NCBI GenBank assembly: GCA_963841435.1
Contig: CAWJCS010000006.1
Coordinates: 1,600,001 to 1,664,000 of the forward strand
DNA: 64,000 nt
Source of the DNA: an uncultured delta proteobacterium
Lineage (GTDB): Bacteria > Myxococcota_A > Polyangia > Polyangiales > Polyangiaceae
Reading direction: 5' to 3'
Within the stretch, counting starts at the first letter, position 1, and each line of letters begins with the position of its first letter. The translations under genes were made by a program, and so were the position numbers. Below are positions 1 to 9,813 of this stretch, one piece after another. Under the pieces are notes generated by a model. It had not been told where the DNA came from. It made no database searches and saw only the letters and a list, made by a program, of their open reading frames with translations.

Positions 1-1595
1 CAGGGCACCACGGTGCGCTCGGGCATGCGCCCCGGCTCGACGGGCGCGACCATGGAGAGCGGCTCGGCCGAGAGCACGAAGCCACCCACGTGAATCGACA
101 GGTGCCGCGGGAAACCCTCGAGCTCCCGAGCGAGGGCGAGCACCTGCTTCAGGCGCTCGGCCCCGGGATCGAATCCCATCTGCTCGATCAGGTTCGCGCT
201 CGACTCGCTCGTTTCCCAATGGATGATGGTGCTGCTCAGCCTGTCGAGCTGCTCCGCAGCAAGCCCGAACGCCTTGCCCACCTCGCGCAGCGCGCTCTTG
301 CCGCGGTAGGAGATCACTTCGGACACCATGGCGGCGCGGTCGCGACCCCAGCGCTCGTAGAGCTCTTGAATCACCTCCTCGCGCCGCTCGTGCTCGAAGT
401 CGATGTCGATGTCGGGTGGCTCGCGACGCTCTGCGCTCAAAAAGCGTTCGAAGAGCAAGCTCGAGCGCGCGGGATCGACCGCGGTGATGCCGAGGGCGTA
501 GCAAACCGCGCTGTTCGCCGCGCTACCCCTGCCCTGGCACAGGATGCGACGGCGCCGAGCTATTTCGACCACTTCGAGCGTCGAGAGAAAATACGACGCC
601 ACATCGATCTCGGCGATGAGCGCGAGCTCCTTTTCGACCTGCTCGGCGACGCCCGGCGGCGTGCCCCCGGGGTAGCGTCGCGAGAGCCCTTCGAGCGTCA
701 GGCGGCGCAGTCTTTCGTCGGCGCTCTCTCCCGGCTCGAGCGTACACGGGAAGCGATAGCGAAGCTCGGAGAGCGAGAAACTCAAAAGGCCCCCCAGCTC
801 CCCGGCGTGATCGACCCAGGCGGGCCGATCGGCGAAGACACGCCGCATTTCGAGCTCGGAGCGCAAAAAGGCCTCCGCGTTACCGTCGAGCGCGGTGCCG
901 GCGCGATCGAGCGTCGTGCCCGTGCGAATGCAGTGGAGCACGTCGGCGAGCGGCTTGCGCTCCGGCACGTGGTAAAGCGGGCGGGCGCTCGCGACGATCC
1001 CGAGGCCGTAACGATGAGCGGCGGAGCGCGCCGCCATCGTGCGCTCTCGATCGAACGCATCGAGGTGCCGATGCACGGCGATCGCCCCGCGCTCCCCGAA
1101 AACTTCCTTGATCGTCCCGAGAAGCTCCGGCGTCGGGGTGCTCGGATCGCCCGGTCGTCGCGGCGACGGAACGATCGCCACGAGACCTGCTGCGTGGTCA
1201 GCGAGCCAACGTGGATCGAGCGCGCTCTCGCCCTTCGGTAGATCCGCGTGCGCGCGCGTGAGCAGGTGGCAGAGGTTCTGGTAGCCCACGAGATTTTCGA
1301 CCAACAACGTCACCACGGGCAGCTCCGGCGCTGCCCTGCGCGTCGCGCTCGTCCGCCAGGAACCCTCGCGCTGCACGCTCGCGTCCACCCCGAGCTCCGC
1401 GCCCACGATCACGCGCGCACCAAGCTCCTTCGCGGCCACGTGAGCGCGCGCCGAGCCATAGAGCCCGTCCCGATCACAGAGCGCGAGTGCTTCGAGCTCG
1501 AGCTCCTTCGCGCGCGTCACCATTTCCTCCGGGCGAGAGGCACCCCGGAGGAAAGAGAAGGCAGAGCGGCCGAGGAGCTCGACGAAAGCCGGCAC
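1..1595 (-). CDS. dnaE2: Error-prone DNA polymerase III alpha subunit DnaE2 (5' part; runs off the window edge)
   Basis: Manual minus-strand translation from GTG at 1595 gives VPAFVELLGRSAFSFLRGASRPEEMV...LCDRDGLYG (PHP domain) and, near base 1, GFPRHLSIHVGGFVLS...EPGRMPERTVVP. Absent from the ORF track because its stop lies outside the window. Confidence 0.95.
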   Translation of the reverse strand, partial: MPAFVELLGRSAFSFLRGASRPEEMVTRAKELELEALALCDRDGLYGSARAHVAAKELGARVIVGAELGVDASVQREGSWRTSATRRAAPELPVVTLLVENLVGYQNLCHLLTRAHADLPKGESALDPRWLADHAAGLVAIVPSPRRPGDPSTPTPELLGTIKEVFGERGAIAVHRHLDAFDRERTMAARSAAHRYGLGIVASARPLYHVPERKPLADVLHCIRTGTTLDRAGTALDGNAEAFLRSELEMRRVFADRPAWVDHAGELGGLLSFSLSELRYRFPCTLEPGESADERLRRLTLEGLSRRYPGGTPPGVAEQVEKELALIAEIDVASYFLSTLEVVEIARRRRILCQGRGSAANSAVCYALGITAVDPARSSLLFERFLSAERREPPDIDIDFEHERREEVIQELYERWGRDRAAMVSEVISYRGKSALREVGKAFGLAAEQLDRLSSTIIHWETSESSANLIEQMGFDPGAERLKQVLALARELEGFPRHLSIHVGGFVLSAEPLSMVAPVEPGRMPERTVVP

Positions 1596-1598
1596 GGA

Positions 1599-1614
1599 CT
1601 GAACAGATGAGCAG
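1599..1614 (-). promoter_or_regulatory. LexA (SOS) box upstream of dnaE2
   Basis: Minus strand CTGCTCATCTGTTCAG matches 15/16 of the Myxococcus LexA consensus core CTRHAMRYBYGTTCAG, 3 nt before the GTG start. A TTGACC -35-like hexamer lies at 1627-1632. Confidence 0.85.
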
Positions 1615-1958
1615 TTACTGGGGTGGGGTCAAGTCAGAGGAAATATCTCAAACATTACTTGTGATTATGCCCTGATCAGCGGGAGCTCATCGGGGGCACC
1701 GGTGCCGGCCAGCCGTCTGGGCCGCGCCCGTGCACGTGACACGAGTCGTCGCCCGCGATCCGTCACCTGGACGACACGGTTCTCGACGCAACGCCCGACG
1801 CCCGAGCGATGATCGCCACAGTTGGACGCGTGATCCACGAGTCTCACCCACAGGTTCCCCCGAGTCTGTGGAATACCTCGCTGCCGCGGAGCGCGATGAG
1901 GCATTCGAATGGCAGCTCGGTTCCGATCGCGTGTTCGCACGTCGAACGCGCCGAGCGC

Positions 1959-3353
1959 TCAGCGGAGGCCGTAACGCGTCAGCCGATCACGCATGGTGGT
2001 TCGCGGCAATCCGAGCTGACGCGCCGCCGCACTCAGGTTCTTGCCGGACGCTTCCCACGCTTCCTCGATGAGCTGCCGCTCGAGCTCGCGAAGCGGGCGT
2101 GCCTTCGCCGGAGGGACGGCGCTGGTCGCGGAGCCGTTCTCGACCGATGGACTCGAATCCGCGAAGGCATTGTGGTCGTTCAGTACGGCGGAGACCTCGG
2201 CGACACCCACGAGCGGGCCGCCCGTGAGCGCGGCCGCTTCCTCGACGAGCCCCTTGAGCTCGCGGACGTTGCCGGGGAAGTGATAGGCGCGAAGCGCCTC
2301 GAGCGCTCGCGGCGAAAACGAGCGCGGGGGCCCGGCATACGTTGCGGACGAGGCGTTCAAGAATTGCGTCGCCAGCAACTCGATGTCGGCCGTCCGATCA
2401 CGCAGCCGTGGCATCAGGATCGTAAAACCCGAGAGGTGATAGTAGAGGTCCGACTGGAGCACCGCGTCGCGACCGGAGACGTTGGGGTTGGTGGCGCTGA
2501 TCACGCGGGCGCGAAATGGAATGTCGTAGTGGCCGCCAACGCGACGGAACGCACGCGTCTCGAGCGCCCTGAAAAGCTTCGGTGCGAGGGAGGTCGGCAG
2601 TTCGCGGAGCTCGTCGAGGAAGATCGAGCCGGACCCTGCGAGCTCCAAAAGACCCGCGCGCGTGCCCCACGAATCGGTGTTCGAGCCGGCGTCCTGGCCG
2701 AAGAGCTCGCTCTCGAAGAGCGTCTCGGGAATGGCCCCGCAGTCGAGGGGAAGGAACGGACCGTCGGTGCCACTCTGCGCGTGAATCGCCTTGGCCACGA
2801 GCTCCTTGCCCGTTCCTGGCTCACCGACGAGCAAGACGGACAGGTCGCGGTACGGGGCGACGGTGCGGATCTGCTCGTGCACGGCTCGCATGGCGGGGGT
2901 CTCGCCGAGGATCGACCCCGACTTTGGCGGTTGGCTCGGCCGCGGCCCTACCCGTGCCGAGCGACTCGACGCCGCGGCGCGCAAAAGGAGGTCGACTTCT
3001 ACCGCCGAGACCGGTTTCTGAATCACCTCGAAGGCGCCCGCCCGCATCGCGCGCACCGTGGACGGAACGTCAACGTGCCCCGAGAGTACGATACTCGCGA
3101 TGGGTGATTCGGATTGATCCTGCAGGCGCTCGATGAGCGTCACACCATCGCCATCCGGGAGCTGAAAGTCCACCAGCACGGCGTCGAAGCTCCGCTGGCC
3201 AGCCGCGGAGAGCGCGTCGGTCGCGTTCTTCACCGGCGTGACCTGCCACCCGAGGCGCGTGAACGCTCGCTCTGCAGAGCGCAGGAAATGCAAATCGTCA
3301 TCCACGATTAGCAACGAGCTACTAGCCGTCACTGCCATCACGTGTGTTTCCAC
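1959..3353 (-). CDS. NtrC-family response regulator (receiver-AAA+-Fis HTH) with degenerate sigma54-activation motifs
   Basis: Receiver LLIVDDD...LVDFQLPDGDG, Walker A GEPGTGKE, ESELFG, Walker B IFLDEL, FPGNVREL, C-terminal NLSAAARQLG HTH. Confidence 0.93.
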   Translation of the reverse strand: METHVMAVTASSSLLIVDDDLHFLRSAERAFTRLGWQVTPVKNATDALSAAGQRSFDAVLVDFQLPDGDGVTLIERLQDQSESPIASIVLSGHVDVPSTVRAMRAGAFEVIQKPVSAVEVDLLLRAAASSRSARVGPRPSQPPKSGSILGETPAMRAVHEQIRTVAPYRDLSVLLVGEPGTGKELVAKAIHAQSGTDGPFLPLDCGAIPETLFESELFGQDAGSNTDSWGTRAGLLELAGSGSIFLDELRELPTSLAPKLFRALETRAFRRVGGHYDIPFRARVISATNPNVSGRDAVLQSDLYYHLSGFTILMPRLRDRTADIELLATQFLNASSATYAGPPRSFSPRALEALRAYHFPGNVRELKGLVEEAAALTGGPLVGVAEVSAVLNDHNAFADSSPSVENGSATSAVPPAKARPLRELERQLIEEAWEASGKNLSAAARQLGLPRTTMRDRLTRYGLR

Positions 3354-4005
3354 TCCTCGAACTGATCACTAAAGGTCGCAGCCAATTTGGGCGGCGTCAA
3401 GCGTTCGAGGCTACCTTCGGGGCGAGGTTCCATCCGAGCGAGCGCGCGGGGACGCCACTCAACGCCGCCCGTCGGCGCAGCGCTCTCGTGCGCTCCGCCG
3501 GTCTCGTCGTGGTCGTCTTGGTTGTCGTCGTCGCGCAAGTTGCGCGAAAGCTCTTGGTGTCGGAAGCGATGAATCCGAGGGGGGAGATTGGTTGTGCGAG
3601 CAACGAATGGCGTCCAGGCCTGTGAAGCTAGACAACTTTGTCGGGTGGCTTCGCCGTGGCACTCGTTGGGCCCGCGACCGGAAGGCGGCCAGGCTGCCGT
3701 CCGCGCCGAGGCGCGGGAACGCCGACGAATTCGACCAAGACGGCCCACTCCTGCGCTCGTCAACGTATTCTGAACGGCCGTCTCGCTGTCAGTCATCGTC
3801 GGATTCCCTCTGCGCTCGCCGCCGACGGGTCGCCTTGTCTCGGGAGATATCGATTCTCGCCGGCAGGACGAATGGCACCAATGTAGGTCTCGCGGGCGAC
3901 CTTCGCCCGTCGCTGGTGCTCTGCCGAGCTCGGCACGGAGGTGCGCGGTCTCGCTCGACGCCGGACGCGAGCGCAGGCTCTACCCGCGCACCGCGCAAGG
4001 TTTCG

Positions 4006-4734
4006 TCAGTCGTTCACTTCGCGGAAATCCACCTCGTTGTGACCGAGGATGGCCGCGTAGCGGTCGGCCCAGGCGAGCGCCTCGGCCCGCGACGGCAAGC
4101 CGAGTAGCGAGAAGCCGGCGATGAGCTCCTTCGATTCGGCGAAGGGGCCGTCGACCCAGCCCCGCTTCCCCTGCGACGGCGCCCCGAGGCGAGCTCCGCG
4201 CGCGCTCGGCCCGAGGCTCTCGGCTGCCAGCACGACACCGTCGTCACCCAGCGACGCACCGAGAGTCTCTGCCGCACGGCGATGCTCTTTGCCGGCGCGC
4301 TCCCCGCGTTCGTCCGCGGCCGTCAACTTGCAGAGGAGCAGGAACTGTTCCGGCACCTTCCCCGAAGGACGCTCCATCAAACCGATGTCCCACGGCTCGA
4401 CGATCGGCCCGACCTCGACCTCGATCCCCCCGAGCAAGCTCGAAAGACGCTCGGCGTGCGCCACGGCCCCGTCCATCGACCGCGCACGCAGCATCACGAG
4501 CGATGCTACGAGCTCGTTGCGGCCTTCGTACGGTCCGCGCTCGACGCTGGGAGCACCACCGCCCGTCTTCACGCGAGCACGACGGGCGCTTCGGTGGAGC
4601 CCGGCGCCGTTCAGGAAGATGCCTTTCGCGAGGCTCTCCCGGACCAGCGTGCCCATGCCCTCGACGATGGCCTGGTTCGGCGGAGCACCGGCTTCCATCG
4701 CGGCATCGACCTTGTGCATGACCAGATAGCGCAT
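4006..4734 (-). CDS. YciI/DGPF-domain protein (two tandem YciI-like halves)
   Basis: MRYLVMHK start; ERGPYEGRNELVAS and VDGPFAESKELIAGF motifs. Confidence 0.88.
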   Translation of the reverse strand: MRYLVMHKVDAAMEAGAPPNQAIVEGMGTLVRESLAKGIFLNGAGLHRSARRARVKTGGGAPSVERGPYEGRNELVASLVMLRARSMDGAVAHAERLSSLLGGIEVEVGPIVEPWDIGLMERPSGKVPEQFLLLCKLTAADERGERAGKEHRRAAETLGASLGDDGVVLAAESLGPSARGARLGAPSQGKRGWVDGPFAESKELIAGFSLLGLPSRAEALAWADRYAAILGHNEVDFREVND

Positions 4735-4742
4735 GGGCCCTC

Positions 4743-5426
4743 CTAGCCGAGCAGCACGGACAGCGCGCCGGGCGACGCCAGCGAATCGAAGGCATGCGTC
4801 GCGCCGCAACCGAGGAGCGCGTCTCTGGTGTAGCGGCCGGTTCCGACGCCAATCGATTCGGCGCCGATACCCTGGGCGGCCGCGACGTCCTTCGGTGTGT
4901 CGCCGATGACGACGACGCGACAGCTCGCGAGCCCGACACCCAGATGCTCGGCGCCGCGCTCCGCCCCGCGGCGGATCAGCACCACCCGCTCCTCGGCGTC
5001 GGAGCCGAAGCCGCCGAAGGCGAACTCTTCGAACACCCCGAGCCCTCCGAGCTTGATGCGCGCCCCCTCGACGACGTTGCCGGTTCCGAGCCCGACACCG
5101 TGACCGCGTGCTTTGGCGGCGCGGATGGCTTCGGCCATGCCGTCGTGAAGGCGGTAGCTCGCGCGATCGACGAGCGAAAGCTCTTCTTCGAGCAGGCGAA
5201 GATAGAGCGTGATGACGGCGTCAATGGCGGCCTCACTGACGGCTTCGCCGATGGCTTCGAGCCCGCGCCGGGCGATCTGCCGGTCGGTGAGGCCGTCGAA
5301 GGGGAAGCGACAGGCGTCATCGCGCGAGAAACGTTCGCTGAAGGCGCGATCGATGGCACGGTGGCCGGCGCCGCCGGTCGTGATCAGGGTGCCGTCGATG
5401 TCGAAGAGCAGGATGGTAGGGGGCAT
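4743..5426 (-). CDS. HAD-superfamily hydrolase
   Basis: LLFDIDGTL motif I, GTGN motif II, VIGDTPKD motif IV. Confidence 0.92.
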   Translation of the reverse strand: MPPTILLFDIDGTLITTGGAGHRAIDRAFSERFSRDDACRFPFDGLTDRQIARRGLEAIGEAVSEAAIDAVITLYLRLLEEELSLVDRASYRLHDGMAEAIRAAKARGHGVGLGTGNVVEGARIKLGGLGVFEEFAFGGFGSDAEERVVLIRRGAERGAEHLGVGLASCRVVVIGDTPKDVAAAQGIGAESIGVGTGRYTRDALLGCGATHAFDSLASPGALSVLLG

Positions 5427-5549
5427 GGTGAAGACGAGAGGGCGCCGGCGCGCGCGTGTGAGGCGCGCAGCATAGTACGCGACGGCTGGCCCTGCGACCT
5501 GCGCTCGACCGAGTGAAGCGCCGCTGGAACCGTGCCGAAGGCCTTCTTG

Positions 5550-7229
5550 CTAGTCGGCGATGGCTTGGAGGTAGCGTTTACCGGTCCTGCGATCGACGTA
5601 GGCGAGCGCTTCGACGACGCCTTCCGTCCCCCGGAGTAGGAGCCGAACGTAGTCGCGCGCGATGGGAGCGCGGGTCCACCACTCGACGAGAGAAAGACGC
5701 TGCTCGAAGGACAAGGCGTCGACGCTGTACAGACGGCGCTCGATGGCCAGGGTGGCACCCCGTGCGAGCGCCCCGTCGAGCTCCACCGGCACGGGCAAGA
5801 GCCGCGTGAGGGGGGTACGCGCGGAGCCGGGGCTCCCTTCCCTGCCCTCGACGACGGCGAGCGGCGCACCCGCGACGTGCATGGCGATGGGCGTCGCGGC
5901 GCGCGGCCTCTTCGGCCTACGCCGCCGCGGCGTAGCCTGCGTGGAAATCAGCGCTGGACCGAGCGTGCTGCGCGCCTCGAGCCGATGGGCATCGAGCGTA
6001 GTGAGCACGCCGACGCGTTCCTCACCTATGTCGGCGAATAGCTCGGCGAGCACGAGCGGCAGCTCCCTGTCCACGTCGGTACCACCGGAGAGCACCTCAC
6101 CGAGCTCGAGCTGACGCGCGGCCGCCGGAGCGACGACGGGCGCCTCCAGACGCAGCCCCACCGAAGGCGCCGGAAGGCGCGCGCGCTCGAGCCGGGAGCT
6201 GACCACCCGGCGGATTTCCTCTTCGCGGGTGAGCGGCGTGGACAGAGCGAAGCGGAGACTCGTTTTTTCGGGCGCGCCGCGCAGGCGAGCTATCGAACGA
6301 TCGTGCTCGATGTGGAGCACGAGCGACTCGGCCGCGAGCCCGCGCCCGCCGAGCCGCCCGGCCAGCCGCGCCGAAAGCCCCCGCAGTGCGAACTGCAGGG
6401 GCTCGCTCCCCTCGACACCGTGCTCGAAGCTCACCCCCTCCGCGACGCGCGGCGGGAGCTGGTACGGCACGAGCGGCTGCGGATCGTGCCCGGCGGCAAG
6501 CTCGAGCGCGCGGCCCGCCTCCCCTTCGAGGCGGCTACCGAGCGCCGCGCGCGGCAACAGCGCGAGATCTCCCAGTGTGAGCACGCCGAGGCGCACGAGA
6601 AAGCTCTGGCACTCCGCGCCGAGCGGCAGCGAAACGATGGGAAGCTCTCGAACGGCGCGCGGCAGCTCCTCGTTCGTGATCACGAAAAGATCCTTGCCGT
6701 CGTGAGCGGGCGGCGACCAGCGCGCGAACGCGCGTGAGAGCGTGGGGCCGTTCGCGATGGCGAGCCGCGCCACGTGGCCGAGAGAACGCACGCGACTCGA
6801 GAGCTCTTCGCCGAGCGCGGCTTCACCTCCGAACAGATGCGCAGAGCCGGTGACATCGAGCCACACGGTATCTGGAGGGCCGAGCGCTACCGTGGCGCCG
6901 AAGCCGAGCGCCACCTCCGCCAGGGTGGCAAGCGCGCTCCGCAGCACCTCCGGAGAAAGACGCCGCACCTCGAAACCCGCGAAGAGCGCGCCGGCCTCGG
7001 CAATCGTTTGACCGGCGCGCACGCCATAACGCCTTGCCCGGGCGCTCACCGCGTCGAGCAGCAACGTCGGCTTGAGTGGCTCGTCCGGATCGACCCGCTC
7101 GTCCACGAGCACCACGCCGAGCTCGGCGGGAGGGCGATCCGGCGCGCTTCGCGCGCAGACTTCCACCAAGAGCTCGGGCAGATAGAGCGCCGCGATGCGA
7201 CGCCCGGTTTCAGGCGAGCTTTCGCTCAT
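5550..7229 (-). CDS. imuB: ImuB, Y-family polymerase-like accessory protein
   Basis: RRIAALYLP, ARRYGVRAGQTIAEA, VWLDVTGSAHLFGGE, LGVLTLGDL, C-terminal EWW...RDY; overlaps the imuA stop. Confidence 0.9.
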   Translation of the reverse strand: MSESSPETGRRIAALYLPELLVEVCARSAPDRPPAELGVVLVDERVDPDEPLKPTLLLDAVSARARRYGVRAGQTIAEAGALFAGFEVRRLSPEVLRSALATLAEVALGFGATVALGPPDTVWLDVTGSAHLFGGEAALGEELSSRVRSLGHVARLAIANGPTLSRAFARWSPPAHDGKDLFVITNEELPRAVRELPIVSLPLGAECQSFLVRLGVLTLGDLALLPRAALGSRLEGEAGRALELAAGHDPQPLVPYQLPPRVAEGVSFEHGVEGSEPLQFALRGLSARLAGRLGGRGLAAESLVLHIEHDRSIARLRGAPEKTSLRFALSTPLTREEEIRRVVSSRLERARLPAPSVGLRLEAPVVAPAAARQLELGEVLSGGTDVDRELPLVLAELFADIGEERVGVLTTLDAHRLEARSTLGPALISTQATPRRRRPKRPRAATPIAMHVAGAPLAVVEGREGSPGSARTPLTRLLPVPVELDGALARGATLAIERRLYSVDALSFEQRLSLVEWWTRAPIARDYVRLLLRGTEGVVEALAYVDRRTGKRYLQAIAD

Positions 7230-7959
7230 CGGAGGCTCCGAGCATCGGGCTTTCACCGTGCTGAAGGAGCACGGAGCGTGACGGCGTGACGCGCCCCCGG
7301 CGGTCTTTCGCGACCCGCACGACGAGACGCTCTCGCGTGGGACGAGACAGCTCGATGCGCTGCGCTACCGGCAACGGCAACGAGCGGGGCTGTGACGTCG
7401 AAGTGAGGAGCAGCACGTTGCTCTTGGTACCGTTGACGGCCATCGACAGACGCCGAACGACGCGCGAAAAGCTCTTCAACGAAAGATCGACCGTGCTGCC
7501 GAGCGTACCCGACGTGTCCACCACGACGAGGTCGAACACGCCCGACTCCACGAGCTTGATGGCCACTCGCCCGATCGCTTCCGCTTTCGGACGCACGACG
7601 AGCAAACGTTCGATCTTTACGCCGAGCGCTTCCACCCCGGGGGCATAAAGGCTCATGGACGGGTCGACGAAGGCGCACCACGGCACCCGGGCGGAGACGC
7701 TGGCCGCACCCGCACGCTGCGCGGAGCGCACGGCGCTCAGCGACAGCGTGGTGGCGAGCGCGCTCGACCCGGCGACCGAAAGCTCCACCACCCCACCGCG
7801 AAGCAGCCCGCCGTCCGGCAGGGCTCGATCGAGCTCGGCGATGCCGAAGGGCAGACCCTCTTCCTCCCGCCCGAAAGCGGTGCCGAGCTGGACCCCTGCC
7901 TTAACTAATGCGGGGGAAATACTGGCGAGAGCCGCGGGAAGCGCCACGACACTGAACAT
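7210..7959 (-). CDS. imuA: ImuA, RecA-like translesion synthesis accessory protein (start may be GTG 7947)
   Basis: LPFGIAELDRALPDGGLLRGGVVEL, WCAFVDPSMSLYAPG, LLVVRP, FDLVVVD, VAKDRRG; directly upstream of imuB. Confidence 0.88.
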   Translation of the reverse strand: MFSVVALPAALASISPALVKAGVQLGTAFGREEEGLPFGIAELDRALPDGGLLRGGVVELSVAGSSALATTLSLSAVRSAQRAGAASVSARVPWCAFVDPSMSLYAPGVEALGVKIERLLVVRPKAEAIGRVAIKLVESGVFDLVVVDTSGTLGSTVDLSLKSFSRVVRRLSMAVNGTKSNVLLLTSTSQPRSLPLPVAQRIELSRPTRERLVVRVAKDRRGRVTPSRSVLLQHGESPMLGASDERKLA

Positions 7960-7967
7960 AGTATCAG
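7952..7967 (-). promoter_or_regulatory. LexA (SOS) box upstream of imuA-imuB
   Basis: Minus strand CTGATACTATGTTCAG (CTGA-N8-TCAG, 13/16 to consensus) in an AT-rich patch; contains an extended -10-like TGATACTAT; TTGTCA at 7977-7982. Confidence 0.8.
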
Positions 7968-8047
7968 ATAACAAAATGACAAGCGCCGGCCCGCTGGCCC
8001 GGCCAAACAATGTCCTCCCAATGCCGCGCCTCGACCCTGTGCGCGCT

Positions 8048-8794
8048 TTAGCGCCCACCGCTCACGTCGAGCAGCGCGCCGGTGACGTACGACGCTTCTT
8101 CGCCGAGCAGCCACACGATGGCACGCGCCACCTCCTCAGGGTCACCGCCGCGCTTCATCGGCAGCGTCGTGCCCAATCGATCGACGCGCCCGGGGTCGCC
8201 GTAGGTCGCGTGGATCTCGGTGTGGATGAGACCGGGCCGCACGGCGTTCACCCGGACGCCCTCGGCGGCCACTTCCTTCGCGAGCCCGAGCGTCATCGTG
8301 TCGATGGCACCCTTCGATGCGGCGTAATCCACGTACTCGCCGGGCGATCCCAGGCGCGACGCTGCCGACGACACGTTGACGATCGCGCCCCCCGGACCAC
8401 CGTGCACCGTGGACATGCGCCGCAGGGCTTCGCGCGCGCACAAAAACGCACCGGTGACGTTGGTGGCAAAAAGGCGCGTCAGCCGCTCCGCATCCATCGC
8501 GTCAACGCGTGCCATCGGCGCGACGATGCCGGCATTGTTGACGAGCGCCGTCACCCGCCCAAGCTCGCGATCCACGCTCTCGAAGAGCCGCACCACCTGG
8601 GACTCGTCGGCCACGTCGCCCCGGACGGCGAGGGCGCGCCCGCCCTCTCGCTCGATGGCGGCGACGACCTCACGCGCGGCGGCCTCGTCGGAGCGAAAAT
8701 TGACGCACACGGCGAAGCCCCGCCCTGCCGCGAGCTTGCTGGTGGCGGCCCCGATGCCGCGACTACCCCCGGTGACGACGAGCACGGGCTGCAT
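8048..8794 (-). CDS. Short-chain dehydrogenase/reductase
   Basis: TGGSRGIG, NNAG, YAASKGA, VNAVRPG. Confidence 0.93.
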   Translation of the reverse strand: MQPVLVVTGGSRGIGAATSKLAAGRGFAVCVNFRSDEAAAREVVAAIEREGGRALAVRGDVADESQVVRLFESVDRELGRVTALVNNAGIVAPMARVDAMDAERLTRLFATNVTGAFLCAREALRRMSTVHGGPGGAIVNVSSAASRLGSPGEYVDYAASKGAIDTMTLGLAKEVAAEGVRVNAVRPGLIHTEIHATYGDPGRVDRLGTTLPMKRGGDPEEVARAIVWLLGEEASYVTGALLDVSGGR

Positions 8795-8886
8795 GGCGTT
8801 GCCTCTCGCCCATACCTTAGGCTCGGACGCGAAAACGCCCAGGCCCCGTACCGGTTTTTCTGTGGCACCACCCCTAAAGGCGGACA

Positions 8887-9735
8887 ATGTTTGACGGGAT
8901 GACTCCCGGCACCACCGCGGATCTCGACCGTCTCGACGGCATCCTGGAAGGCATGGGCTCCGTGCTCGTCTGCTACTCGGGCGGCATCGACAGCGCGCTC
9001 GTGCTCGCGACCGCGCGCCGCGTGCTCGGCGCGCGCGCTGTCGGCCTCACTGCCGTGAGCCCGAGCCTGTCAGCCACCGAGCGCGACGACGCGCGTCGCC
9101 TCGCCGAAGCCATGGGCGCCGAGCACCTGCTCGTCGAGTCTCACGAGCTCGACCGAGAGGGGTACGTCAAGAACGGCCCCGACCGCTGCTTTCACTGCAA
9201 AAGCGAACTCTACGAAATCGCGCGCGAAAAGGCGACCGAGCTCGGGCTCGACGCCGTCGCAAACGGCACGAACCGAGACGACCTCGGCGACCACCGCCCA
9301 GGCCTCGAGGCCGCGCGGAAGGCCGGCGTCCGCAGCCCGCTCGTCGAGGCGGACCTCGGCAAGGCGCGCGTTCGGGATCTCGCGAAGGCGCTGGGCATCG
9401 ACGCGTGGGACAAGCCGGCCGCCGCCTGCCTCTCGAGCCGCATCCCGTACGGAACGAGCGTGACGCGGGAGCGGCTCGCTCAGATCGAGGGCCTCGAGGC
9501 GGAGCTCCGAACGCTCGGCTTGCGGCAGCTGCGCGTCCGGCACCACGAGACCATCGCGCGCATCGAAGTCGGCCTCGACGAGCTCGAGCGGCTCGTCGCG
9601 CCCGGCGTGCGCGAGCGCATCGTCGAGGCCGGCATCCGCCATGGTTTTCGCTACGTCACGCTCAATCTCGGGGGCTACCGCATGGGCTCGCACAACGAGG
9701 TGCTCGTCGGCGCCCGCGCCCTCAGGGTCGTCTAG
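8887..9735 (+). CDS. larE: LarE-family ATP-dependent sulfur transferase (PP-loop)
   Basis: YSGGIDS PP-loop, NGPDRCFHCK, DDLGDHRPG, WDKPAAACLSSRIPYG. Confidence 0.92.
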   Translation: MFDGMTPGTTADLDRLDGILEGMGSVLVCYSGGIDSALVLATARRVLGARAVGLTAVSPSLSATERDDARRLAEAMGAEHLLVESHELDREGYVKNGPDRCFHCKSELYEIAREKATELGLDAVANGTNRDDLGDHRPGLEAARKAGVRSPLVEADLGKARVRDLAKALGIDAWDKPAAACLSSRIPYGTSVTRERLAQIEGLEAELRTLGLRQLRVRHHETIARIEVGLDELERLVAPGVRERIVEAGIRHGFRYVTLNLGGYRMGSHNEVLVGARALRVV

Positions 9736-9813
9736 CGGCCCTCGCGCGCCTCGATCGAGACAGAGCCGCAGGCTCGCTGGTTGCCCCGAGCGCTCGAGAT
9801 GATATCGCTCGGT

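Noticed and set aside
90-1610. + strand ORFs 90..1241 and 1248..1610
   Set aside because: Antisense shadows of dnaE2. The same applies to most long overlapping ORFs in the track (e.g. 1809..3107, 36708..38030, 44879..46987, 61015..63438), which arise from high GC.
3338-4000. ORFs 3338..3796 (-) and 3344..3625 (+) upstream of the NtrC-like gene
   Set aside because: No motif, RBS or convincing codon bias. The region is unexplained and probably regulatory; a TGGCAC at ~3657 has a poor -12 and no downstream gene.
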